DNA of 64,000 bases from an uncultured Chloroflexia bacterium (GCA_963828165.1 CAWHDR010000001.1:800001-864000), one strand, 5' to 3'. Positions 37,934 to 47,964 are shown, counted from the first letter of the stretch. Translations and numbers: made by a program. The notes: a model not told the origin generated them from the letters alone.

Positions 37934-39292
37934 ATGGCAGCCGATCGGACGACGCTTCGCAACGCACGACCGCCGGGTTCGGCGGGCCGGAAGCGCGCGT
38001 CGGATACGGCCGCGACCGCACCTGGCGGGCGGGAGGGCCCAGGCACGATCTCCGCGCCCGACCAGCTCGATCAGCTGCAGTTCATCCACGATGTCGCGCG
38101 CCTGGCCACGACCGCGCGCACCTGGGACGAGCTGCTCGAGACGGTCGTCGACGGGACGCGCGACGCCCTCCATGCCGATGTCTCCTCGCTCTACCTGCTC
38201 GACCGGGACGGAGCGTACCTGACGCTGGCCGCGACGAACGGCCTCGACCGCTTCCAGATCGGCCGGGCGCGAGTCCCGTTCGGCGAAGGCGTGACCGGCC
38301 ACGTGGCGGCCCATCGCGAGCCGCTGATGATCCCCGACGTCAAGGCCGATCCACGCTTTCTGTGGGTCCGCGGTCTCGACCAGCGCCGCTTCGTCACCTC
38401 CATGCTCAGTGTGCCCCTCTCCTGGCACGATCAGACCGTGGGCGTGCTCAACGTCCAGACCGAGCAGCGCCGCGTCTTCAGCCCCTCGGACGTGGCCCAG
38501 CTGAGCGCGGTCGCCGACCTCCTGGCGGGCATCGTCGAGAAGGGCCGCCAGCAATCGGAGGCGGAGGCACGGGTCGAGTCGCTCAAGGCCATCGACGAGG
38601 CGCGCAGCGAGCTCATCGCCCTCGTCACCCACGAGCTGCGAACCCCGCTGGCCGTCGTGCGGGCGTACGCCGACCTGCTCGCCGAGGAGCCGCAGCTCGC
38701 CGGGCGCGAATCGCGCGACGTCGAGCGGCGCAAGACCCGCGCGGACTGGCACGGCGCCACGCTTGAGCAGATCGAACGGCTCGACCGCCTCGTGGATTCG
38801 ATCCTGGCGTCGGTTCGCGTCGTGCCGGACGACGCTCCGTCGGTCACGCCGGTGGACGTCGAGGCCGTGATCGCCGAGGTCCTCGGCTCGTTGCGACCCC
38901 TGCTCGGGCGCCACCGCGTGGACGCCCACGGTGCGCCGCGACTCCACGCGCTGGCCGACCCGCCTCGCCTCCGCCAGATCATCGAGCACCTCGTCGAAAA
39001 CGCGGTCAAGTACGCGCCGTCCGAGACGACCATCACGATCGACTGGGCGCTCGTCGAGGGCGTCATCCACCTCGGGATCAGCGACGAGGGCCCGGGCATC
39101 CCGGACGAATGGCGCGAGCGGATCTTCGAGCCGTACGCGCGACGCGACACGCACACGGCGCGCGGCTCGGGGATCGGCCTGTATGCCGCGAAGCGACTCG
39201 GTGAATCGATGGGAGCGCACCTGTGGTGCGAGCCGGCCAAGCCGCACGGGGCGCGATTCGTCGTCGCGATGCCGGCCGCGGTCGCCATCTGA
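37934..39292 (+). CDS. Soluble GAF-domain sensor histidine kinase
   Basis: GAF (SLYLLD..LAATNGL..GEGVTG..VGVLNVQ), THELRTPL, ENAVKY, DEGPGI, GSGIGL; no TM segment. Confidence 0.92.
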   Translation: MAADRTTLRNARPPGSAGRKRASDTAATAPGGREGPGTISAPDQLDQLQFIHDVARLATTARTWDELLETVVDGTRDALHADVSSLYLLDRDGAYLTLAATNGLDRFQIGRARVPFGEGVTGHVAAHREPLMIPDVKADPRFLWVRGLDQRRFVTSMLSVPLSWHDQTVGVLNVQTEQRRVFSPSDVAQLSAVADLLAGIVEKGRQQSEAEARVESLKAIDEARSELIALVTHELRTPLAVVRAYADLLAEEPQLAGRESRDVERRKTRADWHGATLEQIERLDRLVDSILASVRVVPDDAPSVTPVDVEAVIAEVLGSLRPLLGRHRVDAHGAPRLHALADPPRLRQIIEHLVENAVKYAPSETTITIDWALVEGVIHLGISDEGPGIPDEWRERIFEPYARRDTHTARGSGIGLYAAKRLGESMGAHLWCEPAKPHGARFVVAMPAAVAI

Positions 39293-39307
39293 CCGCTTGA
39301 GAGGACC

Positions 39308-40027
39308 ATGATCAGCATGACCAGCCGCTCCCTCCGCATCCTCGTCGTGGACGACGACCCCGCGATGGTCGGGGCCATCACCGCGCTCGTCGGGACCGAG
39401 GGCCACCAGGTCATCACCGCGTACGACGGGCTGACCGCCGTGAAGCGCTTCCGCGACGAGCATCCGGACCTCGTCCTGCTGGACCTCGCGATGCCCGGCC
39501 CCGACGGGTTCAGCGTGGCCGGCCAGATGCGCGCCGTCGGCCACGCGCCGATCCTGGTGGTGTCGGGCGAGAGCGGCGAGGCGGCCAAGGTTCGGGCGCT
39601 CGGCATCGGGGCGGACGACTACCTGACGAAGCCATTCGGCAAGGCCGAGCTGCTGGCGCGGATCGCCGCAGTCATGCGGCGGGTGGACCGGCCGGGCGCC
39701 AGTGGCGGTCCCGCCGGTCCGCTGGAAGCCGGGGCCCTGGTGCTGGAGCCCGGACGCCATGAGGCGCACGTCGGAGACGTCGCGCTGGCCCTCACCCCGA
39801 CCGAATTCCGTCTGCTCGAGGCGCTGGTTCGCGCGGACGGCGACATCGTGCCGCACCTGCAGCTGGCCCGAGCGGGCTGGCCGGCGGAGAGCGATCCGGA
39901 CCTGCTCTGGCTGAAGCCGCATCTCGCGCGGTTGCGGGCCAAGGTGGAAGCCGCTGGCGGGCCGCACGTCGTGGCGGTCCGGGGCGTGGGTTATCGGCTC
40001 GTCGTGGAAGGAGTCGCGGGGGGCTGA
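39308..40027 (+). CDS. OmpR/KdpE-family response regulator
   Basis: VVDDD, LLDLAMP, GADDYLTKPF, LTPTEF, VRGVGY. Confidence 0.93.
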   Translation: MISMTSRSLRILVVDDDPAMVGAITALVGTEGHQVITAYDGLTAVKRFRDEHPDLVLLDLAMPGPDGFSVAGQMRAVGHAPILVVSGESGEAAKVRALGIGADDYLTKPFGKAELLARIAAVMRRVDRPGASGGPAGPLEAGALVLEPGRHEAHVGDVALALTPTEFRLLEALVRADGDIVPHLQLARAGWPAESDPDLLWLKPHLARLRAKVEAAGGPHVVAVRGVGYRLVVEGVAGG

Positions 40028-40052
40028 CCCGCCGCCGATCGGCGGATCGGCG

Positions 40053-40274
40053 TCAGACGTTCACCGAGATGGCACGGCCGCTCGTGTCGTGCGCGGCGTC
40101 CGCACACGCGACCCGGCACCCGCGGGCGTCGCGCCCGCCGAGCGGATTGAAGTGGAACCACGCGTCACCGGTCGCGGCCAGGCGACAGCCACACGCAGCG
40201 CAGGTGACGGGAGCCGCATGTCCGCCTCGGACGGCGAGGGGGTGGCGAAGCTCGGGTTCGGACGGATGGATCAT
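40053..40274 (-). CDS. 73-aa Cys/His-rich small protein
   Basis: CAACGCRL..WFHF..GCRVAC..H at the C-terminus of the 40053 ORF; AAGG upstream. Confidence 0.6.
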   Translation of the reverse strand: MIHPSEPELRHPLAVRGGHAAPVTCAACGCRLAATGDAWFHFNPLGGRDARGCRVACADAAHDTSGRAISVNV

Positions 40275-40457
40275 GGCGATCACCTTGTCGTGCTGCAGGC
40301 GGGCGGATGGCGGGACGGAGAGGGTCGTCGACGCGGACGGGTGACGCTTCCCCAACATGACATCGAGCGTAGGTTCTGCCTCGGTCCGTGTCGGCAGCGG
40401 GAGGGCTGCGACACGGTTGCGGCTGGGTGGCGAGGTTCGTAGAACAGCGGTCCGCGA

Positions 40458-40482
40458 ATACATGCCATGTCCTGGCATGTAT
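40458..40482. promoter_or_regulatory. Perfect 10-bp inverted repeat (operator-like)
   Basis: ATACATGCCA-N5-TGGCATGTAT. Confidence 0.55.
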
Positions 40483-40614
40483 GGCTGGGATGCTGACGGC
40501 ATCACTCGCGACGTCGAGCTTCTGGCCTCATCGGATCGACCACTCGTGGGCCTATCGATGAGACCAGATGTCGCCCACCATGGCGGCATCGACATCGCCC
40601 AGGAGGCTCGAAAG

Positions 40615-40731
40615 ATGGAAACGCTGTTCGTCTGGATCGTCGTCATCGTCGCGCTCATCGCGTTGGACGCCGGAGCCCTGCTGTGGGGCACCGACTCGCG
40701 CGACCCGTTGCCCGACGACCACCACCGCTGA
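40615..40731 (+). CDS. 38-aa single-TM peptide METLFVWIVVIVALIALDAGALLWGTDSRDPLPDDHHR
   Basis: AGGAGG RBS at 40601-40606; WGxDSR tail. Confidence 0.75.
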   Translation: METLFVWIVVIVALIALDAGALLWGTDSRDPLPDDHHR

Positions 40732-40764
40732 TCATCCCGACTGAGCGCGAACGGAGCCACGACC

Positions 40765-40998
40765 ATGCATCTCCTCTACCACGACCTCGTCATCGATTCG
40801 GAGCGGGAGCGCTCGCGCAAGCACGACGACGCTCGGTATGCCGTCCAGGCCGCCCTGCGAGAACGCGACCACTCCTCGGCAAGGCGGCTACTGGCCATGG
40901 CACTCGCGAGCGTGAGCCGGGCCAGCGCGGCCGGCGTGCGACGCCTCGATGCCTGCCTCGCGGACGACCTGGTCGCCCACGTCGTCGCGACTCGGTAA
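40765..40998 (+). CDS. 77-aa hypothetical protein
   Basis: GGAG RBS; follows the 38-aa peptide. Confidence 0.6.
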   Translation: MHLLYHDLVIDSERERSRKHDDARYAVQAALRERDHSSARRLLAMALASVSRASAAGVRRLDACLADDLVAHVVATR

Positions 40999-41012
40999 AG
41001 GGGTCTCCGGGG

Positions 41013-41279
41013 CTCGCGACACCGCCGATCGATCCCGTCGCCTCGCCGGAGGCCTATCGACGCGAGCTGCTCGCGTGGCTCGGCGAAGACGACCCGGCCG
41101 TGGTCCAGGGAGCCACGGCCGCGCGAGTGCGCGAGCTCGTCCGTGAGGCGGGCGACCGGCTGCGTGTGCGACCGGAGCGGCGCGAGTGGTCGGTGATCGA
41201 ATGCATCGGCCATCTCGTCGATTCGGAGCTCGTCGCCGGCGCGCGGATGCGCTGGATCCTCGCGGAGGACGAGCCGCCA
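41013..41279 (+). pseudogene. Truncated DinB-family gene remnant
   Basis: AYRRELLAWLGEDDP...RPERREWSVIECIGHLVDSE...RWILAEDEP; no nearby start codon, no room for the C-terminal half. Confidence 0.6.
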
Positions 41280-41326
41280 CATCGCCCAGGCCGAGCGGGC
41301 GCTCGCTGCGCTCCGGGGCGGCTAGC

Positions 41327-44300
41327 TCAGACGACGGGCTGGCTCGGGTCCGCTGTCGCTCGTGACACGCTCAACGAGGCGACCGCTGCCGGACCGAGCG
41401 GCACGGCCGGCCGATCGGGTTCGATCGTCGCCGCGACGACCGGTGCGACCGGCTCGACCAACCAGAACGCCGAGGTCGGGGCGTCCAGCCCCAGGATCTG
41501 CCGTCCCAGGGCCGAGCCGGCTGAGGCGTGGTCCTCGAGCAACGCGCGCAGCTCGACCAGCCGCTCGGGGCCGTCGGGACGATCCGCGACGACGCCCGAG
41601 AGTCGGACGGCCGCCACGCTGTCCGCGTGCAGCGCCGCCACGTGGCGGCCACTCGGGTCGTACAGGTACGCCCGCCCGCCGGTCATCCCGGCCCCGAAGT
41701 TCGCCCCGACCGGGCCGAGCACCACGACCGTGCCGCCGGTCATGTACTCGCAGCCGTGCGGGCCGATCCCTTCGACGACCGCTTCGGCGCCGCTGTTGCG
41801 CACCGCGAACCGCATCCCGGCACGTCCGACGAGATGCAATCGCCCGGCGGTGGCGCCGTACAGGACGGTGTTACCGGCGATCGCCTCACCGGCCGCCGCC
41901 ACCGGCAGGTCGGGCTCAGGCGCGATCGTGATCCGACCGCCGGACAGACCCTTGCCCACATAGTCGTTGGCCTGGCCGACGAGCCGGAGCTCGATGCCCG
42001 GACCCGAGAAGGCGCCGAACGACTGCCCCGCGGCCCCGCGCAGCTCCAGGCGGACCGGTCCGCGTAGTTCCCCGCGCTCGAGCGCGCCGGTGAGCCCGGC
42101 GCCGAAGGAGCGGTCGGCCGTCGTCAGTCGTAGTCCGCCGACCGTGACCGGGCCCTGGTCTCGGAACGCCGCCGCGATGCGCGTCTCGAGTGGTGATGCG
42201 GGTGCGTGGCGCGCGAGCCGCGTCGGGAGGCCCGGATCGGCCCGCCGCGCCGCATCCGCGCCCCACGACGAGGCGCCGGTCACCGGGGCGAGCTCGGCCC
42301 GGGCAGCCGGCACCGGTCGGAGGAGCCGCCGGCTTTCGCCGACGATCTCGCCGACGGATCGGGCGCCGACGGCCGCCAGCTCCCGTCGGAGGTCCTCGGC
42401 CACGGCGAGGAAGTACCGCTCGACCATCTCGGGGGTGCCGGCGAATTTCGCGCGGAGGTCCTCGCGCTGCGTCGCGATGCCGGTCGGGCACGTGTCGAGG
42501 TGGCACTGGCGGGCCATGTCGCACCCGACCGCCACGAGCGCCGCGGTCCCGAAGGCGAACTCCTCGGCGCCGAGCAGGGCCGCCACGAGCAGGTCACGAC
42601 CCGTCTGCAGGCCGCCGTCGGTTCGCAGCGCGACTCGGTCGCGCAGGTCGTTGCGCAGCAGGACCTGGTGGACCTCCGCGAGACCCAGCTCCCACGGGGC
42701 GCCGACGTGCTTGATCGAGCTGAGCGGCGACGCCCCGGTCCCGCCTGCATGCCCCGACAGGTGGATGTACGTCGCGCCGGCCTTGGCCACGCCCGCAGCG
42801 ACCGTGCCGACCCCCCGGTTGGCAACCAGCTTGACCCCGACACGCGCCGTCGGGTTGATCGCTCGCAGGTCGGCGATGAGCTGAGCGAGGTCCTCGATCG
42901 AGTAGATGTCGTGATGGGGCGGCGGACTGATGTAGCTCTGGCCGGCCTGGCCGCGCCGAAGGGCCGCGATGTAGGCCGTCGCCTTCCGCCCCGGAAGCTG
43001 GCCGCCCTCGCCGGGCTTGGACCCTTGCGAGATCTTGATCTCGAGCTGGTCGGCCCGGGCCAGGTACGTCGCCGTCACGCCGAATCGGGCCGAGGCGACC
43101 TGCTTGATACGCGCGTCGTGGCGCCGGCCATCCGGTCCCGGCAGGTACCAGGCGGGATCCTCGCCGCCTTCGCCGGTGTTCGCGGCCCCGCCAGCGCGCT
43201 GGATCCCGATCGTCAGCGCCTGGTGCGCCTCCGGGCTCAGTGCGCCCACGCTCATCGCCGACACGACGAAGCGACGGGCGATCCCGCGCGCGTCCTCGAC
43301 CTGATCGAGCGCCAGCGGGACGGACGAGCGGCGCACGCGGAGCTCGTCGCGGGGGACTGCCGGGGCATCCGCGGCGCGACCCAGGGCATTCCGGTAGCGC
43401 GTGAGCGCGGCATCCACCGACGCGGCGGCGGCCTCGCCGTCGATCGACCCGGACAGCACCTGGATCTCCTTGGCGATCCCGGGTGAGAAGAGATGCGCCT
43501 CGCCGTCGGCCCGGAAGCGCGCCCAGCCCGGGTCCGGCAGGCGCGGCTCGCGGCCGGCGGAGGTCGGCGGCAGGGCCACGGCCGCCGCCCGACGACGCAG
43601 GCCGCGTTCGCCGAGGTCGGCCAGCGTCGTCCGGCCGGGCCACGCCGCCGCGTTGGGGAAACAGCGCGCGATGACATCGGGTGCCAGGTCGACGGTGTCG
43701 ATGAGCGTCCCGCCGATGTAGCTCGCGACCGCGCTGATGCCCATCCGCGCGAGGGTCTTGCGCAGGCCCGCCTCGAAGGCGGCGACGAGGTTCCCGATCG
43801 CCGCGGCGGGAGTGACGGTCTCAGCGCCGCGCGTCCCCGCCAGCTCCGCAGCCAGCTCGATGGCGAGTCGCGGGTGAGCGGCCGTGGCACCGACCGCGAG
43901 GGCCATCGCCATCGAATGCACGTCGAGGATATCCGCGGCATCCACGACGATGTCCGTTCGCCCGCGCAGGCCGGCGTCGGTGAGGGCGGTGTGGATGGCG
44001 CCCGCGGCCAGGATCGACGGGACGGGCAAGCGATCGACCGTCAGCGCGGCATCGCTGACGACCAGGACTTCCACGCCCGACTCCGCGGCGCGCACCGCCG
44101 CGGTGGCGAGTGTCTCGAGCGTGCCGGCCAGGCGCGCCGCGCCAGCCGAGGCGGGCCAGGTCGCATCGAGCGTGCGAACGCGCATCCCGCGAGCCTCGAG
44201 GGCCACGGACAGACCCGGAAGGTCGGCGACGATCGGCCGCTCCAGGCGGAGCGTCCGTGGCCCGCGCGGCGGGCCGCCGAGCAGCGCCGGGCGGCGACCC

Positions 44301-45934
44301 AGCTCGACGCGAAGGTCCATGACGACCCGTTCGCGTTCGGGGTCGATCGCCGGATTGGTGACCTGGGCGAAGGCCTGGCGGAGGTGATCGGCGATCGGCC
44401 GGTCCAGGCGGCCGCGCCCGGCCGTCGGCGTGTCGTCGCCCATGCTCCAGAGCGGCTCGTGGGCCTCGAGCACCATCGTCTTGATATCGAGCCGCGCTCG
44501 CTCGGCGTCGAGCCCGGCGAGATAGCGGGCGGCGTGGTCGAGCGGAGGACGCTGCTCCACGGCGCTCGCCGCCGCCTCAGGCGTGTCCTCGTGCAGGGCC
44601 CGGGGCTGGTCGTGGATCGGCAGGTGGCGCAGAGCCCAGGCCTTCGCGTCGGTGTCCTCGAGGATGGTCCGCCGGCCGGGCTCCACCAGCAGCAGTTCGC
44701 CGGGCCCCAGGCGGCCGCGGCGGATGGTCTCCGACGCGGGGAACGGCACGGCCCCGGCCTCCGACGCCACCGCCACCAGCCGGTCGCAGTTCACGGCGAA
44801 GGCCGCCGGGCGAAGACCATTGCGATCGATGAGCGCCCCGACGCGCTTCCCGTCACCGAAGACGATCGCGGCGGGGCCGTCCCACGGGGCCAGCATCCCG
44901 GCGGTCCGTCGACGCAGCGTGGCGACATGGGGATGCGGCGCACGTCGGAGGGCAAGCGCCTCCGGGATCGCGGCCAACAACGCCGGCGTGAGGCCCCAGC
45001 CGGTCGTCGTCAGCAGCTCCAGGCCCTCGTCGAGCGACAACGAATCGGAGCCGTCCGGCGACAGCAGCGGGCCCGCGTCGATCAGGTCGGCGGCGATCGG
45101 ACGGGCCCCGCGGTCACGCGCGCGCCCGCGGACCTGCTCGCGGTTCCCGCGGACGGTGTTGATCTCGCCGTTGTGCGCGATCGAGCGGAACGGCTGGGCC
45201 AGACGCCAGACCGGATGCGTGTTCGTCGCGTAGCGCTGATGGAAGATCGCGTAGCCGAGCTCGACCGGCGCCAGCAGGTCCGGGTACAGCTCGGCCAGGC
45301 GGCCACCAGCGACGAGGCCCTTGTAGACGATCGTCCGGCACGACGCGGACGGCACCGACAGCTCGGCCGCGGCCCCGCCGGCTTCCCTGGCCGCCGTCTC
45401 CAGACGACGTCGGGCGACGACGAGCCGGCGTTCGAAGGCATCGTCGGTGATGGGCCGCGGGTCGTCGGCGCCGCGCAAGGGACGGGCGACGAAGGCCTGC
45501 GCGACGGTCGGACGGGACGAGGCGGCCGCGGCGCCCAGCGCGGCGGGCTCCACAGGCACGATCCGCCAGGCCGCGATCGGGAGCTCCGCGGCCGCGAAGA
45601 CGCGCTCCACGAGTGTGCGCGCGGCGCGGCCCCCGACACGACCCCTGGGCAGGAACAGCATCACGACGGCCGGGCGCTCCCCGGCGGAGGACGGACCGAA
45701 CGACTCGAGGAGCGATGGGTCGAGCGGCAGCGAGACGCCGGCTCCGTCGCTCGATTCGCCGTCCGCCCCGAACGCTCCGCGATGGGCGAGCGCCGCGAGC
45801 CCGGCGAGCGCGAGTGGGAGGACCCGCGCCCGCGATCGGCCGCCCGCGTCCGCCACGAAGCCCACGCCGCAAGCGTCGTGCTCGAACCGTTCGTCGTAGA
45901 GCGGAGTGGCGGAACGTGATCGGTGCGGTGGCAT
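41327..45934 (-). CDS. gltB: Glutamate synthase large subunit
   Basis: DACGVGF, HNGEINT, NTGEGGE, QGSKPGEGGQLPG, CHLDTCPTG, GCEYMTGG. Confidence 0.96.
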   Translation of the reverse strand: MPPHRSRSATPLYDERFEHDACGVGFVADAGGRSRARVLPLALAGLAALAHRGAFGADGESSDGAGVSLPLDPSLLESFGPSSAGERPAVVMLFLPRGRVGGRAARTLVERVFAAAELPIAAWRIVPVEPAALGAAAASSRPTVAQAFVARPLRGADDPRPITDDAFERRLVVARRRLETAAREAGGAAAELSVPSASCRTIVYKGLVAGGRLAELYPDLLAPVELGYAIFHQRYATNTHPVWRLAQPFRSIAHNGEINTVRGNREQVRGRARDRGARPIAADLIDAGPLLSPDGSDSLSLDEGLELLTTTGWGLTPALLAAIPEALALRRAPHPHVATLRRRTAGMLAPWDGPAAIVFGDGKRVGALIDRNGLRPAAFAVNCDRLVAVASEAGAVPFPASETIRRGRLGPGELLLVEPGRRTILEDTDAKAWALRHLPIHDQPRALHEDTPEAAASAVEQRPPLDHAARYLAGLDAERARLDIKTMVLEAHEPLWSMGDDTPTAGRGRLDRPIADHLRQAFAQVTNPAIDPERERVVMDLRVELGRRPALLGGPPRGPRTLRLERPIVADLPGLSVALEARGMRVRTLDATWPASAGAARLAGTLETLATAAVRAAESGVEVLVVSDAALTVDRLPVPSILAAGAIHTALTDAGLRGRTDIVVDAADILDVHSMAMALAVGATAAHPRLAIELAAELAGTRGAETVTPAAAIGNLVAAFEAGLRKTLARMGISAVASYIGGTLIDTVDLAPDVIARCFPNAAAWPGRTTLADLGERGLRRRAAAVALPPTSAGREPRLPDPGWARFRADGEAHLFSPGIAKEIQVLSGSIDGEAAAASVDAALTRYRNALGRAADAPAVPRDELRVRRSSVPLALDQVEDARGIARRFVVSAMSVGALSPEAHQALTIGIQRAGGAANTGEGGEDPAWYLPGPDGRRHDARIKQVASARFGVTATYLARADQLEIKISQGSKPGEGGQLPGRKATAYIAALRRGQAGQSYISPPPHHDIYSIEDLAQLIADLRAINPTARVGVKLVANRGVGTVAAGVAKAGATYIHLSGHAGGTGASPLSSIKHVGAPWELGLAEVHQVLLRNDLRDRVALRTDGGLQTGRDLLVAALLGAEEFAFGTAALVAVGCDMARQCHLDTCPTGIATQREDLRAKFAGTPEMVERYFLAVAEDLRRELAAVGARSVGEIVGESRRLLRPVPAARAELAPVTGASSWGADAARRADPGLPTRLARHAPASPLETRIAAAFRDQGPVTVGGLRLTTADRSFGAGLTGALERGELRGPVRLELRGAAGQSFGAFSGPGIELRLVGQANDYVGKGLSGGRITIAPEPDLPVAAAGEAIAGNTVLYGATAGRLHLVGRAGMRFAVRNSGAEAVVEGIGPHGCEYMTGGTVVVLGPVGANFGAGMTGGRAYLYDPSGRHVAALHADSVAAVRLSGVVADRPDGPERLVELRALLEDHASAGSALGRQILGLDAPTSAFWLVEPVAPVVAATIEPDRPAVPLGPAAVASLSVSRATADPSQPVV

Positions 45935-46029
45935 CGGCTGCCTCCGGGGGAGCGTTGCGATGGGGACGGAGCTACGGCCCATCGGGATCAGGAAGGCGGA
46001 GATCCCGATCGGCCGGAAAGCCCGCGGCG

Positions 46030-47250
46030 TCAGGACTGGTAGGCGGCCTCGCCGTGCGTCGCGAGGTCGATCCCCATCTCCTCATCGGTGGCCGAGACGC
46101 GGATCCCGAGGATCACGTCAACGACCTTCACGATGACGAAGGTCGAGATGACGGCGAAGGTGACCGTGGCCCCGACGGCGATGAGCTGGTAGACGAGCTG
46201 CTGGCCGTTGCCCTCGAGCAGGCCGGTGTAGGCCTCCTGGACGGCGGCCGTCGCAAAGACGCCGGTCGCGACCGCACCGAAGATGCCACCGACGCCGTGG
46301 ACCGCGAAGACATCGAGCGCGTCGTCGATCTTGAGACGCGAGCGCAGCAACGTGGCGCTGTAGCACAGGCCGCCGACAACGAGGCCGATGAACAGGGCCC
46401 CACTGACCCCGACGAAGCCCGAGGCGGGCGTGATCGCGACGAGACCGGCGACCGCACCGCACGCGGCGCCGACGACACTGACCTTGCCCTTGTGGAGATA
46501 GCTCGCAAGGACCCAGGTGATCGTGGCGGCCGCAGCGGCCGTGTTGGTCACCATGAAGGCATTCGCGGCGAGGCCGTTGGCCGCCACGGCGGATCCGGCG
46601 TTGAAGCCGAACCAGCCGAACCACAGGAGGCCGGCACCAAGGACCGTCATCGGAACGTCGTGCGGCTCCATCGGCTCGCCGTTCACGGCGCGACGGCCGA
46701 TCAGGAGCGCGACGACGAGGGCCGAGACGCCCGAGCTGATGTGGACCACCGTGCCGCCGGCGAAGTCGAGCGCGCCCAGCTTGAAGAGCCAGCCGTCGGC
46801 CGACCAGACCCAATGGGCCAGCGGTGAGTACACGAAGATCGACCACAGGAGGGTGAAGAGCACGAACGCGCTGAACCGCTTGCGCTCGGCGAACGCACCG
46901 GTGATGAGGGCTGGCGTGATGGCCGCGAACATGAGCTGGAATGCGGCGAACAACACGAACGGGACGGTCGTCGCGTAGGTGTCGGACGGCTCGAGGCCGA
47001 CGTTGTTGAAGAACGCGAAGTCGAGCCCGCCGATCAGGCCGAGCCCACCGATGTCAGGCCCAAAGGCCAGGCTGAATCCGACGATGACCCAGACGACGCT
47101 GACCAGCGCGAGGCCGAAGAAGCTGTGCATGATCGTCGAGAGGACGTTCTTGCGACGCACGAGGCCGCCGTAGAACAGCGCCAGGCCCGGCAGCATGATC
47201 ATGACCAGGGCCGTGGACATCAAGAGCCAGGCGGTATCTCCGGTATCCAT
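46030..47250 (-). CDS. amtB: Ammonium transporter
   Basis: GLALFYGG, FQLMFA, DFAGGTVVHI, WFGWFGFNAGS, DDALDVFAVHG. Confidence 0.97.
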   Translation of the reverse strand: MDTGDTAWLLMSTALVMIMLPGLALFYGGLVRRKNVLSTIMHSFFGLALVSVVWVIVGFSLAFGPDIGGLGLIGGLDFAFFNNVGLEPSDTYATTVPFVLFAAFQLMFAAITPALITGAFAERKRFSAFVLFTLLWSIFVYSPLAHWVWSADGWLFKLGALDFAGGTVVHISSGVSALVVALLIGRRAVNGEPMEPHDVPMTVLGAGLLWFGWFGFNAGSAVAANGLAANAFMVTNTAAAAATITWVLASYLHKGKVSVVGAACGAVAGLVAITPASGFVGVSGALFIGLVVGGLCYSATLLRSRLKIDDALDVFAVHGVGGIFGAVATGVFATAAVQEAYTGLLEGNGQQLVYQLIAVGATVTFAVISTFVIVKVVDVILGIRVSATDEEMGIDLATHGEAAYQS

Positions 47251-47457
47251 CGATCGCACGTTCCTTCCAGCGCTGCAGCCATACCCGCGAGGAGCTCGTG
47301 CAGGGAAGGCTAGGGTGCGAGGCGGTCGTGGTCGGGGACCCCGGCAGGGCTGACAAGGTGTCGGTTGGGGGACGAAGCGGGTTGCGACGGCCCGATTCGT
47401 TGCGAACCGGGTGCGGATCGAGCGCGGGACGTCCGGAAGCCGGTCGCGATCCGAGGG

Positions 47458-47964
47458 TCAGCCGGGTTCGCTGGGTCGACGCAGCGACGTGGCCACGAGC
47501 AGGATGCCGAGGCCGACGAGGACGAGTGGCCAGAACCAGTCGAAGTCGATCTGGGGCAGGAATTCGCGGGCCAGGAAGAAGCCACCGAGGATGATCAGGA
47601 ACCCACCGAGGATGACGGACGCGGGGAACGTGCTGCGGCCTCCGCCGGACGCGCGGCGGGCTGCGGCGCGGGCCTCGCGGGCGCCCAGCCTGGCAGCCGC
47701 CGGATCGGTTGGAGGTGTCCAGTCCGCTCCGGCGCCCGGTGGTGGCGTCGTGACGAGCGCCTGCCCATCAGCGGACACAGCGGGCTCTTCCGGGACCACC
47801 AGGGCCATCACGATGTACACGAGCAGGGCAATGCCGCCGGTGAAGATGACGAGGAGCGCCCAGATGACCCGGACGAGCGACGGGTCGGCGCCCCACATCT
47901 CGGACAGGCCGCCGGCCACCCCGGCCAGCATCCGGTCATCCCGCGAGCGATACAGACGGTCCAT
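47458..47964 (-). CDS. PspC domain membrane protein
   Basis: RLYRSRDDRMLAGVAGG..DPSLVR; AGGAG RBS. Confidence 0.88.
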   Translation of the reverse strand: MDRLYRSRDDRMLAGVAGGLSEMWGADPSLVRVIWALLVIFTGGIALLVYIVMALVVPEEPAVSADGQALVTTPPPGAGADWTPPTDPAAARLGAREARAAARRASGGGRSTFPASVILGGFLIILGGFFLAREFLPQIDFDWFWPLVLVGLGILLVATSLRRPSEPG

